DNA of 64,000 nucleotides from an uncultured cyanobacterium (GTDB taxonomy: Bacteria; Cyanobacteriota; Cyanobacteriia; Phormidesmidales; Phormidesmidaceae): NCBI GenBank assembly GCA_963793265.1, contig CAWBZI010000006.1, positions 608,001 through 672,000 of the forward strand, in the 5' to 3' direction. Of the stretch, positions 38,380-47,928 are shown piece after piece. Below the pieces are notes generated by a model. That model was not told where the DNA came from. It saw only the letters and a list, made by a program, of their open reading frames with translations, and searched no databases. The position numbers and the translations under genes are program-made. Every line of letters starts with the position of its first letter. The first letter of the stretch is position 1.

Positions 38380-40194
38380 ATGCTACTGGATACACCACAC
38401 TCCTCTATACCGCAATCATCTGCACGGCTCTGTGCACAGCTATCCTCTGCGCCGCCATCTTCTACACCGCCCGCCCGTGACGTACAGATTACAGAAGTAG
38501 GCGACGATACGCTTACTTTTCGCTCGCGCGCCTGGGAGCGGCTGAAGTTTGAGGTAGAGTACAGCCGCCGCCAGGGCACTACGGCTAATGCCTACCTTGT
38601 TCAAGGCGATCGCACCGCCCTCATCGATCCACCGGGAGCCTCTTTCACCTCTATTTTTTTAGAAGCGATCGCGCCCTACCTAAAGCAAACGCCGCTCGAC
38701 TATATCGTTCTTAGCCACGTTAACCCTAACCGCATGGTCACCCTAGCGGCCCTGCTAGAGCGACAGCCACAGGCCGTCGTTATCTGTTCTCGCCCTGCGG
38801 CCCAAGCGCTCAAAGCAGCCTTTCCCGCGTGGGAAGAGAATCGCATTCGGCCCATCTGCCCGCCCTGCTCAAGTCTGGACTTAGGCGAAGGGCACTGCCT
38901 GCAACTGCTGACGATACCCACCCCCCGCTGGCCAGACGGACTGTGCAGCTACGACCCGCTGACGCAAACGCTTTTTAGCGACAAGCTGTTTGGCGCTCAC
39001 GTGTGTGGAGAAAGCGTGTTGGATGAGGACTGGCGATCGCTTGAAGAAGACAGACGCTATTATTTTGACTGTCTGCACGCTGCTCAGACCAAACAGGTAG
39101 AAACAACCCTAGATCAGATCGATGGGCTGAGGCTGAAATGCATCGCGCCCGGCCACGGTTCACTCGTACGCTACAGCCTTAGCCGACTAAAAGACGACTA
39201 CCGGCAGTGGTGTCAGCAGCAGGAGCAACAGAGTTTTCAGGTAGCGCTACTGTACGCTTCGGCCTATGGTAATACAGCGACGCTAGCGAATGCGATCGCC
39301 CAGGGATTAATCCAGTCTAATATTGCCGTTGAACTGGTGAACTGTGAGTCGGTTGAGCCAGACGAGCTAGCCCATATTGTTCGATCGAGTGACGGATTTA
39401 TCATCGGCTCGCCCACCTTGGCCGGACATGCCCCCGTACAGGTTCAGACTGCACTTGGCACGGTGCTCTCATCGGCAGTAAAAACCAAGCTAGCAGGCGT
39501 GTTTGGCTCCTACGGCTGGAGCGGAGAAGCCATCGACATGCTAGAGCAAAAGCTGCGAGATTCTAACTATCGCTTTGGCTTTGAAACCATTCGCGTTCGC
39601 TTTAGCCCTGAGCTAGAGACGCTACAAAGCTGTCAGCAGGCGGGCATTGAGTTTGCGCAGCAGCTTAGGAAACAGAAAAAACAGCAGGGGCCGCGTCAGG
39701 CTATCACCGAGGTACAAGCAGGGCGAACAGAGCAGGCGGTGGGTCGGATTGTAGGGTCTATTAGCGTACTTACCACCTACCAGGGCGATCGCCACAGCGG
39801 CGTACTCACCTCCTGGATTTCTCAGGCGACCTTTAACCCACCCGGCATTATGGTTGCGATCGCCTCCAACTCAGCAGCTCAGCACCTAGCCCAGCCCGGC
39901 ACCCCGTTTGTTCTAAATCTGTTGAAGGAAGGACGCGCCCTACGAAGGCACTTTCAGCATAGCGATCAAGGTGCCTCCCCCGACGAAAACCCTTTTGCCC
40001 ATCTTGAACATCGAGCGGCTGACAATGGCTGTCTCATTTTAGAAGACTCGCTAGCCTACTTAGAATGTAGCGTGCAGGGCCGAGTAGACTGCGGCGACCA
40101 CCAGCTTATTTATGCAACCGTTAATGCGGGTGATGTGCTAGAAGACCAGGGCGTGACCGCTGTTCAGCATCGAAAATCGGGGGGTCAATACTAA
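38380..40194 (+). CDS. flv2: Flavodiiron protein, Flv2 type
   Basis: RLKFEVEY..QGTT, non-canonical metal site HVNPNR, RWPD, SDKLFGAH; follows flv4. Confidence 0.85.
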   Translation: MLLDTPHSSIPQSSARLCAQLSSAPPSSTPPARDVQITEVGDDTLTFRSRAWERLKFEVEYSRRQGTTANAYLVQGDRTALIDPPGASFTSIFLEAIAPYLKQTPLDYIVLSHVNPNRMVTLAALLERQPQAVVICSRPAAQALKAAFPAWEENRIRPICPPCSSLDLGEGHCLQLLTIPTPRWPDGLCSYDPLTQTLFSDKLFGAHVCGESVLDEDWRSLEEDRRYYFDCLHAAQTKQVETTLDQIDGLRLKCIAPGHGSLVRYSLSRLKDDYRQWCQQQEQQSFQVALLYASAYGNTATLANAIAQGLIQSNIAVELVNCESVEPDELAHIVRSSDGFIIGSPTLAGHAPVQVQTALGTVLSSAVKTKLAGVFGSYGWSGEAIDMLEQKLRDSNYRFGFETIRVRFSPELETLQSCQQAGIEFAQQLRKQKKQQGPRQAITEVQAGRTEQAVGRIVGSISVLTTYQGDRHSGVLTSWISQATFNPPGIMVAIASNSAAQHLAQPGTPFVLNLLKEGRALRRHFQHSDQGASPDENPFAHLEHRAADNGCLILEDSLAYLECSVQGRVDCGDHQLIYATVNAGDVLEDQGVTAVQHRKSGGQY

Positions 40195-40261
40195 CCAAAC
40201 AGTTCCACTTACAGAGCAGCTTTTATACTGTTGGTGCCCTTGTTTGCCGACCGGCATTGAT

Positions 40262-41128
40262 ATGTCTGCTACGTCTTCCTTTTTTGCTAATCGAACCGCT
40301 GTGATCGCGACAATGCATCGTAAAGAGCAGGCGATCGCCCCTCTAATAGAAACCGCTCTAGAGGTTAAAACGCTTGTGCCTTCACACTTCGACACCGACA
40401 AGCTCGGCACCTTTACCCGAGACATTCAGCGCCCCGCCGATCAGCTTACAACTGCTCGACTTAAGGCCCGAGCTGCATTAGAGCTGACGGGTGAGACGTT
40501 AGCGATCGCCAGTGAGGGCAGTTTTGGGCCACATCCTCAAATACCTTTTGTGGGGTGCGATCGCGAAATCGTTCTTCTGTTGGATTCTCAGCATCAGCTC
40601 GAAATTGTCGGAGAAACTCTCTCCACGCAAACGAATCATCAGGGCCAAACCATTCGTAGCGTTCAGGCTGCTTTAGACTTTGCTCAGCAGGTAGGGTTTC
40701 CTGAGCATGGACTGATTGTGATGGAATCTGAGCAAAGGTTTGAGCCAGGGAAGAGTGTTAAAGGCATCACAACAGAGTCTGATTTGATTGCAGCCGTTGA
40801 AGCCACTTTAGAAAGATCGCCTGACGGGCAAGTGCATATTGAAACCGACATGCGAGCGCTTTACAATCCCACTCGAATGCGGGCAATTGCCGAAGCAACA
40901 GCAGCGCTAATAAAACAGATAGGGCAGCATTGCCCCGAATGTGGATATCCAGGGTTTAGCCTGGTTCAGCGTTTACCTGGCCTTCCTTGCAACCTTTGCG
41001 GCGCAGCCACACTATTGACGCTGACAAATATTTATGGCTGCCAGCACTGCCAGTTTCAACAGAATCAGCGCTTTCCTGAAGGCACTCGAGCTGCCGATCC
41101 GGCCTATTGCCCGTTCTGCAATCCTTAG
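40262..41128 (+). CDS. Conserved hypothetical protein with Cys-rich C-terminus (DUF6671-like)
   Basis: ATMHRKE, ASEGSFGPHP, ETDMRA..NPTRM, four CxxC pairs. Confidence 0.75.
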   Translation: MSATSSFFANRTAVIATMHRKEQAIAPLIETALEVKTLVPSHFDTDKLGTFTRDIQRPADQLTTARLKARAALELTGETLAIASEGSFGPHPQIPFVGCDREIVLLLDSQHQLEIVGETLSTQTNHQGQTIRSVQAALDFAQQVGFPEHGLIVMESEQRFEPGKSVKGITTESDLIAAVEATLERSPDGQVHIETDMRALYNPTRMRAIAEATAALIKQIGQHCPECGYPGFSLVQRLPGLPCNLCGAATLLTLTNIYGCQHCQFQQNQRFPEGTRAADPAYCPFCNP

Positions 41129-41145
41129 CGAAGCGCCAGAGCGTC

Positions 41146-42684
41146 CTAAGACAGCAGCCTTTCCTTCAAATGATCGCCCACTCGCAGCGCATTTGCCATA
41201 ATCGTCAGCGCCGGGCCAACGCTCGCACATGAGGGAAAAAAGCTGCTGTCCACCACGTATAGATTGTCAATCTCGTGCGTCCGACAGTTCAAATCTAGCA
41301 CCGACGTTTCAGGGTCGGTGCCCATCCGGCAGGTGCCGCTTTGATAGCCCACAACCTGAATAGGCGACTCACCTCTAGGATAAACGGTACTCTGCCGCAT
41401 TCCTATCGAAGATCCTTCAAGATTTTTGAGTATCCCCATCCAGCGATAGACTAGCCGGTCATGAGCTTCAAGATTATTGGGCGTAAACTCATAGCGCAGC
41501 TTCTTGCGCTTGCGAGAGTCTTTTAAGTAAACGCGATTCTCGGCCTTGGGTAGCGTGCCCGTTTGTGCCCACCAGCCAATAGAGCTGGTTGCTAGCTGCG
41601 ATAACCCTACACCCGGTACCAGGCGAGCGAGTACCGACAGCAAAGGGGGCGATTCAGCAAAGATAATATCTTGCAGCAACCCGCCCGTATTTTCGATATG
41701 GCCCATAGGATAGGGGAAGTTGTAAAAGTCGTTATCGCCCCAGTAAAAGTCGTTAATGCTGACGCTGCGAGGAAATTTACCGTCATTTTTTGCGGCCCCG
41801 CGCTCTACAATCACCGTCATCAGGTGCTTCATCAGGTTACGACCTAGCTGATCGGATTTATTAGCAAGACCGTGCGGATGTTTGTCATTCGCAGAAATCA
41901 GCATAATGGCGGCTGAGTTGACGGCTCCACAGGCGAGTACAACAATGTCAGATTTAAACAACACTGGCTGATCGCCTACTTCAGCCTGTACGCCTTTAAT
42001 TTCGGTGCCAGTAGTGTTGGTGTGTAGGCTGATGACCTTGGCGTTGGTCTTAAGGGTGACGTTTTCGTGGGCAACAGCTACGTCTATGCCAAATACCTCC
42101 GCATCGCCAGTGGGATCATCCTCTTGCTGGGTAAGGCTCATGGGTAGAGAGGTGGGATGCAAGCCTTCTTTGTTTGCGATCGCCGCCACAATCGGCTGCA
42201 TCACAGGCGCATGATCTACCGCCGCATGAGGATAATCGCTGCTGCGCTCCGGTTCAGTCGGATCGCTGGCCTGATCGCCATGCACCTTGTACAGGTGCTC
42301 AGCAGCCGTGTAATAAGGCTCCCAGTCTTTATACTTTAAGGGCCACTCGGGCGTGACGCCGTTTTGGTATTCAACCGCTTCAAAGTCGCGATCGCGCATC
42401 CGCATCAACGTCGCATTATAAACCTTGGTATTCCCGCCCACCGCATAGTTCGTCTGTGGCGAAAACGGCTCCCCCGTCTCGTCATACCACTGCTCCGGGG
42501 CATGATAGCGCTCCTTTTTAAACACATCCACATCCGCCCGGTTTTGATCCTCAAGCGCCATCCTCCCACCGCGCTCCAAAATCAAAATCCGCTTGCCCGT
42601 AGGCGCTAGCTTTTGCGCCAGGGTGCCGCCACCTGCGCCCGTGCCGACAATAATGATGTCGTAGTGTTGGTCATCAATAATCAT
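41146..42684 (-). CDS. GMC family oxidoreductase
   Basis: IIVGTGAGGG Rossmann motif, VGGNTK, GTCRMG, NLYVVDSSFFP. Confidence 0.92.
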   Translation of the reverse strand: MIIDDQHYDIIIVGTGAGGGTLAQKLAPTGKRILILERGGRMALEDQNRADVDVFKKERYHAPEQWYDETGEPFSPQTNYAVGGNTKVYNATLMRMRDRDFEAVEYQNGVTPEWPLKYKDWEPYYTAAEHLYKVHGDQASDPTEPERSSDYPHAAVDHAPVMQPIVAAIANKEGLHPTSLPMSLTQQEDDPTGDAEVFGIDVAVAHENVTLKTNAKVISLHTNTTGTEIKGVQAEVGDQPVLFKSDIVVLACGAVNSAAIMLISANDKHPHGLANKSDQLGRNLMKHLMTVIVERGAAKNDGKFPRSVSINDFYWGDNDFYNFPYPMGHIENTGGLLQDIIFAESPPLLSVLARLVPGVGLSQLATSSIGWWAQTGTLPKAENRVYLKDSRKRKKLRYEFTPNNLEAHDRLVYRWMGILKNLEGSSIGMRQSTVYPRGESPIQVVGYQSGTCRMGTDPETSVLDLNCRTHEIDNLYVVDSSFFPSCASVGPALTIMANALRVGDHLKERLLS

Positions 42685-42687
42685 GTG

Positions 42688-43299
42688 CTACTGCCACAGA
42701 TAGATCAAAATAAACAACATAATCCAAATAACATCGACGAAGTGCCAGAACAGCGAAGTTGCGGCAACCCCATATTCTCCCTCTTCGTAGTTATTTGGAA
42801 TAAAAGAGCGGCCCAGCATCACGCCTTGCAACAACACACCCGTGAGCACGTGCAGCCCGTGAAACCCGGTCAGCAAATAAAATATGCCGCCAAACACACC
42901 CGAGGTAAAGCCAAAGGGCAAGCCCATCCACTCCACCGCCTGACCGTACAGAAAAAAGGTGCCCATCGCCATTGTCAGCAGCCAGAATATCCGAAAGCCC
43001 CAGAGGTTTTCTTTATGCAAAAAGCGCTCGGCAAAGTAGATAACAAAGCTACTGGAAACTAGCACGACTGTGTTGATCAAAGGCTCTCGAACCTCTAAGC
43101 CCTCAAAGCCTTCAGGAAGCCAGTTTGCCGTGCCCGTTTTGAAGACAATGTAGCCGACAAAAAAGCTGAGGAAAATCACGCTCTCTGAAAGCAAAAAGAC
43201 AATAAAGCCAAACATGCGATTGTCTTCTTCAGCTTCCTCCAGATGCTCGGAGACAGGCACCTGTGAGTTCAGCGTAGGATCTACGTTTGTTGTACTCAT
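42688..43299 (-). CDS. ctaE: Heme-copper oxidase subunit III (ARTO-type operon)
   Basis: FLLSESVIF, LTGFHGLHV, FWHFVDVIW. Confidence 0.93.
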   Translation of the reverse strand: MSTTNVDPTLNSQVPVSEHLEEAEEDNRMFGFIVFLLSESVIFLSFFVGYIVFKTGTANWLPEGFEGLEVREPLINTVVLVSSSFVIYFAERFLHKENLWGFRIFWLLTMAMGTFFLYGQAVEWMGLPFGFTSGVFGGIFYLLTGFHGLHVLTGVLLQGVMLGRSFIPNNYEEGEYGVAATSLFWHFVDVIWIMLFILIYLWQ

Positions 43300-45020
43300 G
43301 CTAGTGCCCCCTCTGCCGTGCTGCCTTCAGGATTGCCCACCGGATGCCCGGCAGGCTCATTAGACACCAGCGGTTCATCGCTGCCATACCCGTACGGCGG
43401 CGACACCACAATCGGAATCTCTTCAAAATTCTCATGCGGCGGCGGCGAAGACACCAGCCACTCCAGTCCAATCGCTCGCCACGGATTATCACCCGCTTCT
43501 TCACCGCGTACCCAAGAACTCAGCATGTTCAAGATAAAGGGCAAGGTCGAAACGCCGAGTAAAAAGCCGCCGAGACTTGCAATCACGTTATAGAAGGCAA
43601 ACTCAGGATCGTAGGAAGCCACGCGCCGGGGCATTCCCATCAGGCCCAGCGGGTGCATCGGCAAAAAGATCATGTTAATGCCGATAAAAGTGAGCGCAAA
43701 GTGCAGCTTGCCTAAGCCTTCGTAATACATCCTTCCTGTCATCTTCGGGAACCAGTGATAGATCGCCGCATAAAAGCCCATCACCACCGCACCGTTGATC
43801 ACGTAATGGAAGTGACCCACCACAAAATATGTGTTGTTGACGTGGATATCAAACGGCGTTGAGGCCAGCATGATGCCGGTAATGCCTGCAAACAGAAACG
43901 TTGTCAGTCCGCCTAAAGCAAACAGCATTGCCGAGGTCAGCCTGATTTTACCGCCCCACACCGTCGCCACCCAGGCAAACACCTTAATCCCGGTTGGAAT
44001 TGAGATTGCCATGGTGGTGAACATGAACAACATCCGCATCCAGCCGGGCGTACCGCTAGCAAACATGTGGTGCACCCACACCACCAAGCTAAACAGCGTA
44101 ATCAGCAAAGAAGAGATCGTAACGACCCTATAGCCAAAAAGTGGCTTGCGAGAGTACACCGGAAAGACTTCGGAGAACACTCCGAAGATCGGCAGGATAA
44201 TCACATATACCGCTGGGTGAGAGTAGAACCAAAAGAAGTGCTGATACAGCACCGGATCGCCGCCGCGAGTAGGGTCAAAAAAGCTTGTGCCCACCGTTAA
44301 ATCGAGCAGCAGCATTACCGCTCCTGCCGTTAGGGCAGGCAGTCCAATGAGCTGAATGAGCTGCGCTGATAGCACCGTCCAGCAAAAAGCAGGCATTCTG
44401 AACCAGCTCATCCCCGGCGCGCGCATTCTGAATATAGTGGTGACAATATTCACCGCGCCCATAATAGAAGACACGCCCGATAGCGCCACCGCCACCAGCC
44501 AAAGCGCCTGCCCGTTGATCAAATTGCCAGTGGGATTTTGCAGGCTTACGGGCGGATAGGCCCACCAGCCAGATTGCGAAGGGCCACCGGGAATGAAGAA
44601 GCTAGCGATCAGGATGACACCGAATACAGGCACAAGCCAGAAGGCCACTGCGTTCAATCTTGGAAAGGCCATATCCCGCGCCCCGATCTGCAACGGCACC
44701 AAATAGTTCGCCAGCCCGTTCAGCATTGGAAACGTCCACATGAACAGCATAATTGTGCCGTGCATCGTGAACAAACCGTTATACACCGTGCGATCTACCA
44801 GGTCTGGCTCAGGGGTAATTAGCTCACCGCGCATCACCATCGCCAGCAGCCCGCCAAACAAAAAGAAGGCAAAGGCCGTGACAATATACTGAATGCCAAT
44901 CACCTTATGGTCGGTGCTAAAGGTGAAAAACCGCCGCCAGTTGTCAGGGGCTCCCGGCTCAGGCGTCAGGTTTTGCTGTGGCTGGTCAGGCTTTACCTTC
45001 TCCAACGTTGCATTACTCAT
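43296..45020 (-). CDS. ctaD: Heme-copper oxidase subunit I
   Basis: TDHKVIG, HGTIM, WFYSHPAVY, WVHHMF, GHFHYV, GMPRR. Confidence 0.96.
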   Translation of the reverse strand: MSNATLEKVKPDQPQQNLTPEPGAPDNWRRFFTFSTDHKVIGIQYIVTAFAFFLFGGLLAMVMRGELITPEPDLVDRTVYNGLFTMHGTIMLFMWTFPMLNGLANYLVPLQIGARDMAFPRLNAVAFWLVPVFGVILIASFFIPGGPSQSGWWAYPPVSLQNPTGNLINGQALWLVAVALSGVSSIMGAVNIVTTIFRMRAPGMSWFRMPAFCWTVLSAQLIQLIGLPALTAGAVMLLLDLTVGTSFFDPTRGGDPVLYQHFFWFYSHPAVYVIILPIFGVFSEVFPVYSRKPLFGYRVVTISSLLITLFSLVVWVHHMFASGTPGWMRMLFMFTTMAISIPTGIKVFAWVATVWGGKIRLTSAMLFALGGLTTFLFAGITGIMLASTPFDIHVNNTYFVVGHFHYVINGAVVMGFYAAIYHWFPKMTGRMYYEGLGKLHFALTFIGINMIFLPMHPLGLMGMPRRVASYDPEFAFYNVIASLGGFLLGVSTLPFILNMLSSWVRGEEAGDNPWRAIGLEWLVSSPPPHENFEEIPIVVSPPYGYGSDEPLVSNEPAGHPVGNPEGSTAEGALA

Positions 45021-46032
45021 AAGAATCCTCTTTTGAACTGGTGTAGTTGACCATGGGGGCAGGCGCAGGCTTCACAGTCGCCCAGCCTAAGCTAATCGAG
45101 CCTGCTTCAGACTCAGCAGCAATATTTTGAGCGGCGTAGGGCGTGGTAGCAGCGGCCTCTGCTAGCCACTGCTTGTAGTCTTCTTCAGACTCGACAACAA
45201 CGTTGGTTTGGTTGTCAGCAAAGTAAGTGCCGCTGTAGGCAGAATCTCTCAGCCGGTAGCGCCCTTCTCGAATCGGCGTAAATGAAAAGTCAATTTCTCT
45301 ACCGGGGATAATGTCTTGCTTTACTCGAAAAGCGGGGACATAAAACCCGTGTAAAACATCATCTGAAGTCAGCTTGAAGCGGGCGCGCTGGTTTACTGGA
45401 ACATGAAGCTCCGTGCTGCTCACATTGTCTTCAGGGTAGCGAAACTCCCAAGACCACTGCCGAGAATGGACTTCAATCGGGGGAAAATCTTGCGCGGCCT
45501 GCTCCAAATCGCCCGGCACCTTCTCAGTCGGATCGCCTGGCACCGTGCCCACTGTACTCATCACCTGCGGCGCAAACGATTCGAGCAGGCTCATCTGATC
45601 GTAAGTTTGAAAGCTCACCGTACCAATCCACAAAATCAGCATAATCGGCACCGCCGTCCACACAATCTCTAGCTTAGTGTTGCCTTCAATCGGCGGGCCA
45701 TCGGTCGGATCGTACTTAGCCGCCCGCTGGTAGATCATTGAGTACAAGAGCGTACCAGTGACCCCAATAAAAATGAACGTACCGACAGCCGTCATAAAGC
45801 TAAAAAGTTTGTCTACCAGCACCGCTTCAGACGACGCCTGAGGTGGCAACCAGCCATAAGCCTGCTGGCCCATCCAAAAGCTAATCGCGAAGTTTCCACT
45901 CGCCAGCGCCGAAAGACCAACTATTCTGCGCCAGTTCAGGACGCGGCCTAAATCTCTTGTGCGTTCAGGCTCAGCCTGATTTTCGACTCGCTGCCTTTCA
46001 ACCTGCTGCTTAATTTCTTCGTTCTCACTCAT
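45013..46032 (-). CDS. ctaC: Heme-copper oxidase subunit II lacking the CuA site (ARTO/cox3 type)
   Basis: LEIVWT, QWSWEF, DVLHGF; the CuA motif is replaced by DSAYSGTYFADN. Confidence 0.9.
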   Translation of the reverse strand: MSENEEIKQQVERQRVENQAEPERTRDLGRVLNWRRIVGLSALASGNFAISFWMGQQAYGWLPPQASSEAVLVDKLFSFMTAVGTFIFIGVTGTLLYSMIYQRAAKYDPTDGPPIEGNTKLEIVWTAVPIMLILWIGTVSFQTYDQMSLLESFAPQVMSTVGTVPGDPTEKVPGDLEQAAQDFPPIEVHSRQWSWEFRYPEDNVSSTELHVPVNQRARFKLTSDDVLHGFYVPAFRVKQDIIPGREIDFSFTPIREGRYRLRDSAYSGTYFADNQTNVVVESEEDYKQWLAEAAATTPYAAQNIAAESEAGSISLGWATVKPAPAPMVNYTSSKEDSYE

Positions 46033-46720
46033 GCAAATCCTCCGGGCCAGAATCTGGGCCAAACTCTCTAGGGCCTACTACGCGAGGCTGTTCTATCACC
46101 TCGGTCACAGGCGTATCTGCCATCGTCTTAGTAATCTCTTGATTGGGATTGATCCCCGCATAAATTAGCCGGTCGGCAGTCACATGTACACCAAAATCAC
46201 CGCCCAAATGCGCACCCAATGTTCCTTGTGCAAACATCAGCCCAAAGATCACGAGCCCTGCGCCCAAGTAGCTCCACTGCACCTGCCGGGCTCTGTCTTC
46301 TCGCCACACATAGCGCTGAAACCCTCGCCAAATTGTCATCCCGACAATCAGCGTCAGCAGCAAAACGCCACCGAGCCCGTGCCATACCATCGTGTCTGTC
46401 GCATTCAATCCCCACGGGCTGATAATGTCGTCAGGCGGGTCGGCTAATAGAATCTCGTAGAAGCCAGCGGCGACGGTAAAAAAGGTGACGACCGCAGCAG
46501 CGACCATGTTATACCAGCCCACGTCGTAGAGGCCAGAGCTGGTGGCGGGGATCGCCAGAAATTTGAAGATAGGTTTTTCGAGCGGGTAGAGGGCGGCTAC
46601 GATGTCGAAGGCGATCGCAACAATAAAAAGCCCCAGCGTCAGGTGCACAAAATTAGGATGAATCGGAATGCCATAAGGCAGCCCGTTCGCTTCTAGCAGT
46701 AAAGGCATTAGAGAAATCAT
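46025..46720 (-). CDS. DUF2231-like membrane protein
   Basis: HPNFVHL, conserved His residues in TM helices, LGAHLGGDFGVH; typical of genes upstream of cyanobacterial ARTO operons. Confidence 0.8.
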   Translation of the reverse strand: MISLMPLLLEANGLPYGIPIHPNFVHLTLGLFIVAIAFDIVAALYPLEKPIFKFLAIPATSSGLYDVGWYNMVAAAVVTFFTVAAGFYEILLADPPDDIISPWGLNATDTMVWHGLGGVLLLTLIVGMTIWRGFQRYVWREDRARQVQWSYLGAGLVIFGLMFAQGTLGAHLGGDFGVHVTADRLIYAGINPNQEITKTMADTPVTEVIEQPRVVGPREFGPDSGPEDLHE

Positions 46721-47223
46721 CAGTTCAGCAAACCACTCCGCGCCGCTTCAACCACTGGCTCTGAGTGCAAACCATACACCCACACCAGCTTGTCACCTAA
46801 ATAAACCTGAAAAATAACCAGCACCGTCAAAAATGCGTTCATACCCATGTAGGCAGCCGGTAGCGATCCCGGCGACTTCAGCCGGATGATATAGCGCCAG
46901 CCTGTAATCGCCGCCAAAATCCCTGATAGCGACCAGCCTAGTAGCGTATGCAGGTTCAAATCACCTGCTGCTGCTGCATAGGGCGTTGCCAGTCCGGCCT
47001 CTATTTGGCCAAACACAATCGCAATAAAAATAGAAATCGTCGCAAACACCATATTCCACCAACCCACCTCATGCAGGCTCTTATTCTTGGTGAAATAGCC
47101 AATGCCGTCACAGACTACGGCAAACAGAACCATGGCAATCACGAAATGCACCACAATCGGATGAATAGTGTCGGGATAGGGCAGGTTGTGATTATTTAGC
47201 GGTGGAAGCAAATTCTCGAACAC
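46720..47223 (-). CDS. DUF2231-like membrane protein
   Basis: HPIVVHFVIAM, LHTLLGW, LGDKLVWVYGLH; GTG start after a GGAG RBS. Confidence 0.8.
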   Translation of the reverse strand: MFENLLPPLNNHNLPYPDTIHPIVVHFVIAMVLFAVVCDGIGYFTKNKSLHEVGWWNMVFATISIFIAIVFGQIEAGLATPYAAAAGDLNLHTLLGWSLSGILAAITGWRYIIRLKSPGSLPAAYMGMNAFLTVLVIFQVYLGDKLVWVYGLHSEPVVEAARSGLLN

Positions 47224-47408
47224 GTCGCTCTCCTTTTAGCATTAGCAGTCGTTTAGAGTTTTACACGGACTTAATTTATATGCCTTCTACTGTCGTAGGT
47301 AGTTGTAATAGATGGCTTAAAATTCGATCTATAAATCAAACGTCGTCAAAATTATAGCGTCTTAATTTAAAGCGCTTGCAGACGTGCTGTCGAGGTGAGG
47401 ATCAGCTT

Positions 47409-47876
47409 TTACGTCTCTATCAAAATAGTTTTGACCCCTGCAATGATATTGTTCGGCGCGTTGCCAAGAACGTATACCTTAATTTCTACTGCGCCACAGC
47501 GATATACCTGCAAATGCGTTAGCGAATCGGTTAGTAGTGTTTTGAGCGATCGCAGCCGAGCTATCTGCACTTCATCCTCGTCGGTATGCCAACTCTTGAT
47601 AGCCGTTGCCCGCTCAAAAAAATCTTCTACATCAACGATCTCTATTTCTGTGTCTTCTGCATGATCGAATAGCTCGCGCACAACTGATTGCTCGATTGAA
47701 CGGTCAGCTAACGCCACAGATTCCCAAACGACCTCAACCGGATAGTCACTTTCACTACTCCACCACAGATCATCGCAGGCAGCCTCCAAACTTGTCCTAA
47801 GCTCATCTGCATTAAATTCATCCACCGCTTTCCCCTCCACTGTTTCCCCCTTTATGCAGTAGCATCTGAGCTTCAT
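47409..47876 (-). CDS. nuiA: Nuclease A inhibitor family protein
   Basis: LWWSSESDYP, FFERAT, LQVYRCG..EIKVYVLG, GVKTILIET. True start probably a downstream GTG. Confidence 0.85.
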   Translation of the reverse strand: MKLRCYCIKGETVEGKAVDEFNADELRTSLEAACDDLWWSSESDYPVEVVWESVALADRSIEQSVVRELFDHAEDTEIEIVDVEDFFERATAIKSWHTDEDEVQIARLRSLKTLLTDSLTHLQVYRCGAVEIKVYVLGNAPNNIIAGVKTILIET

Positions 47877-47928
47877 TTGCTCTACGATCTTTAGCCTACG
47901 ATCTAACTGCTCCGGCCCTTAAATTTTC

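Noticed and set aside
45013..46032. ctaC as a defective cytochrome c oxidase subunit
   Set aside because: Loss of CuA ligands is the normal state of ARTO-type subunit II, and the ORF is intact.
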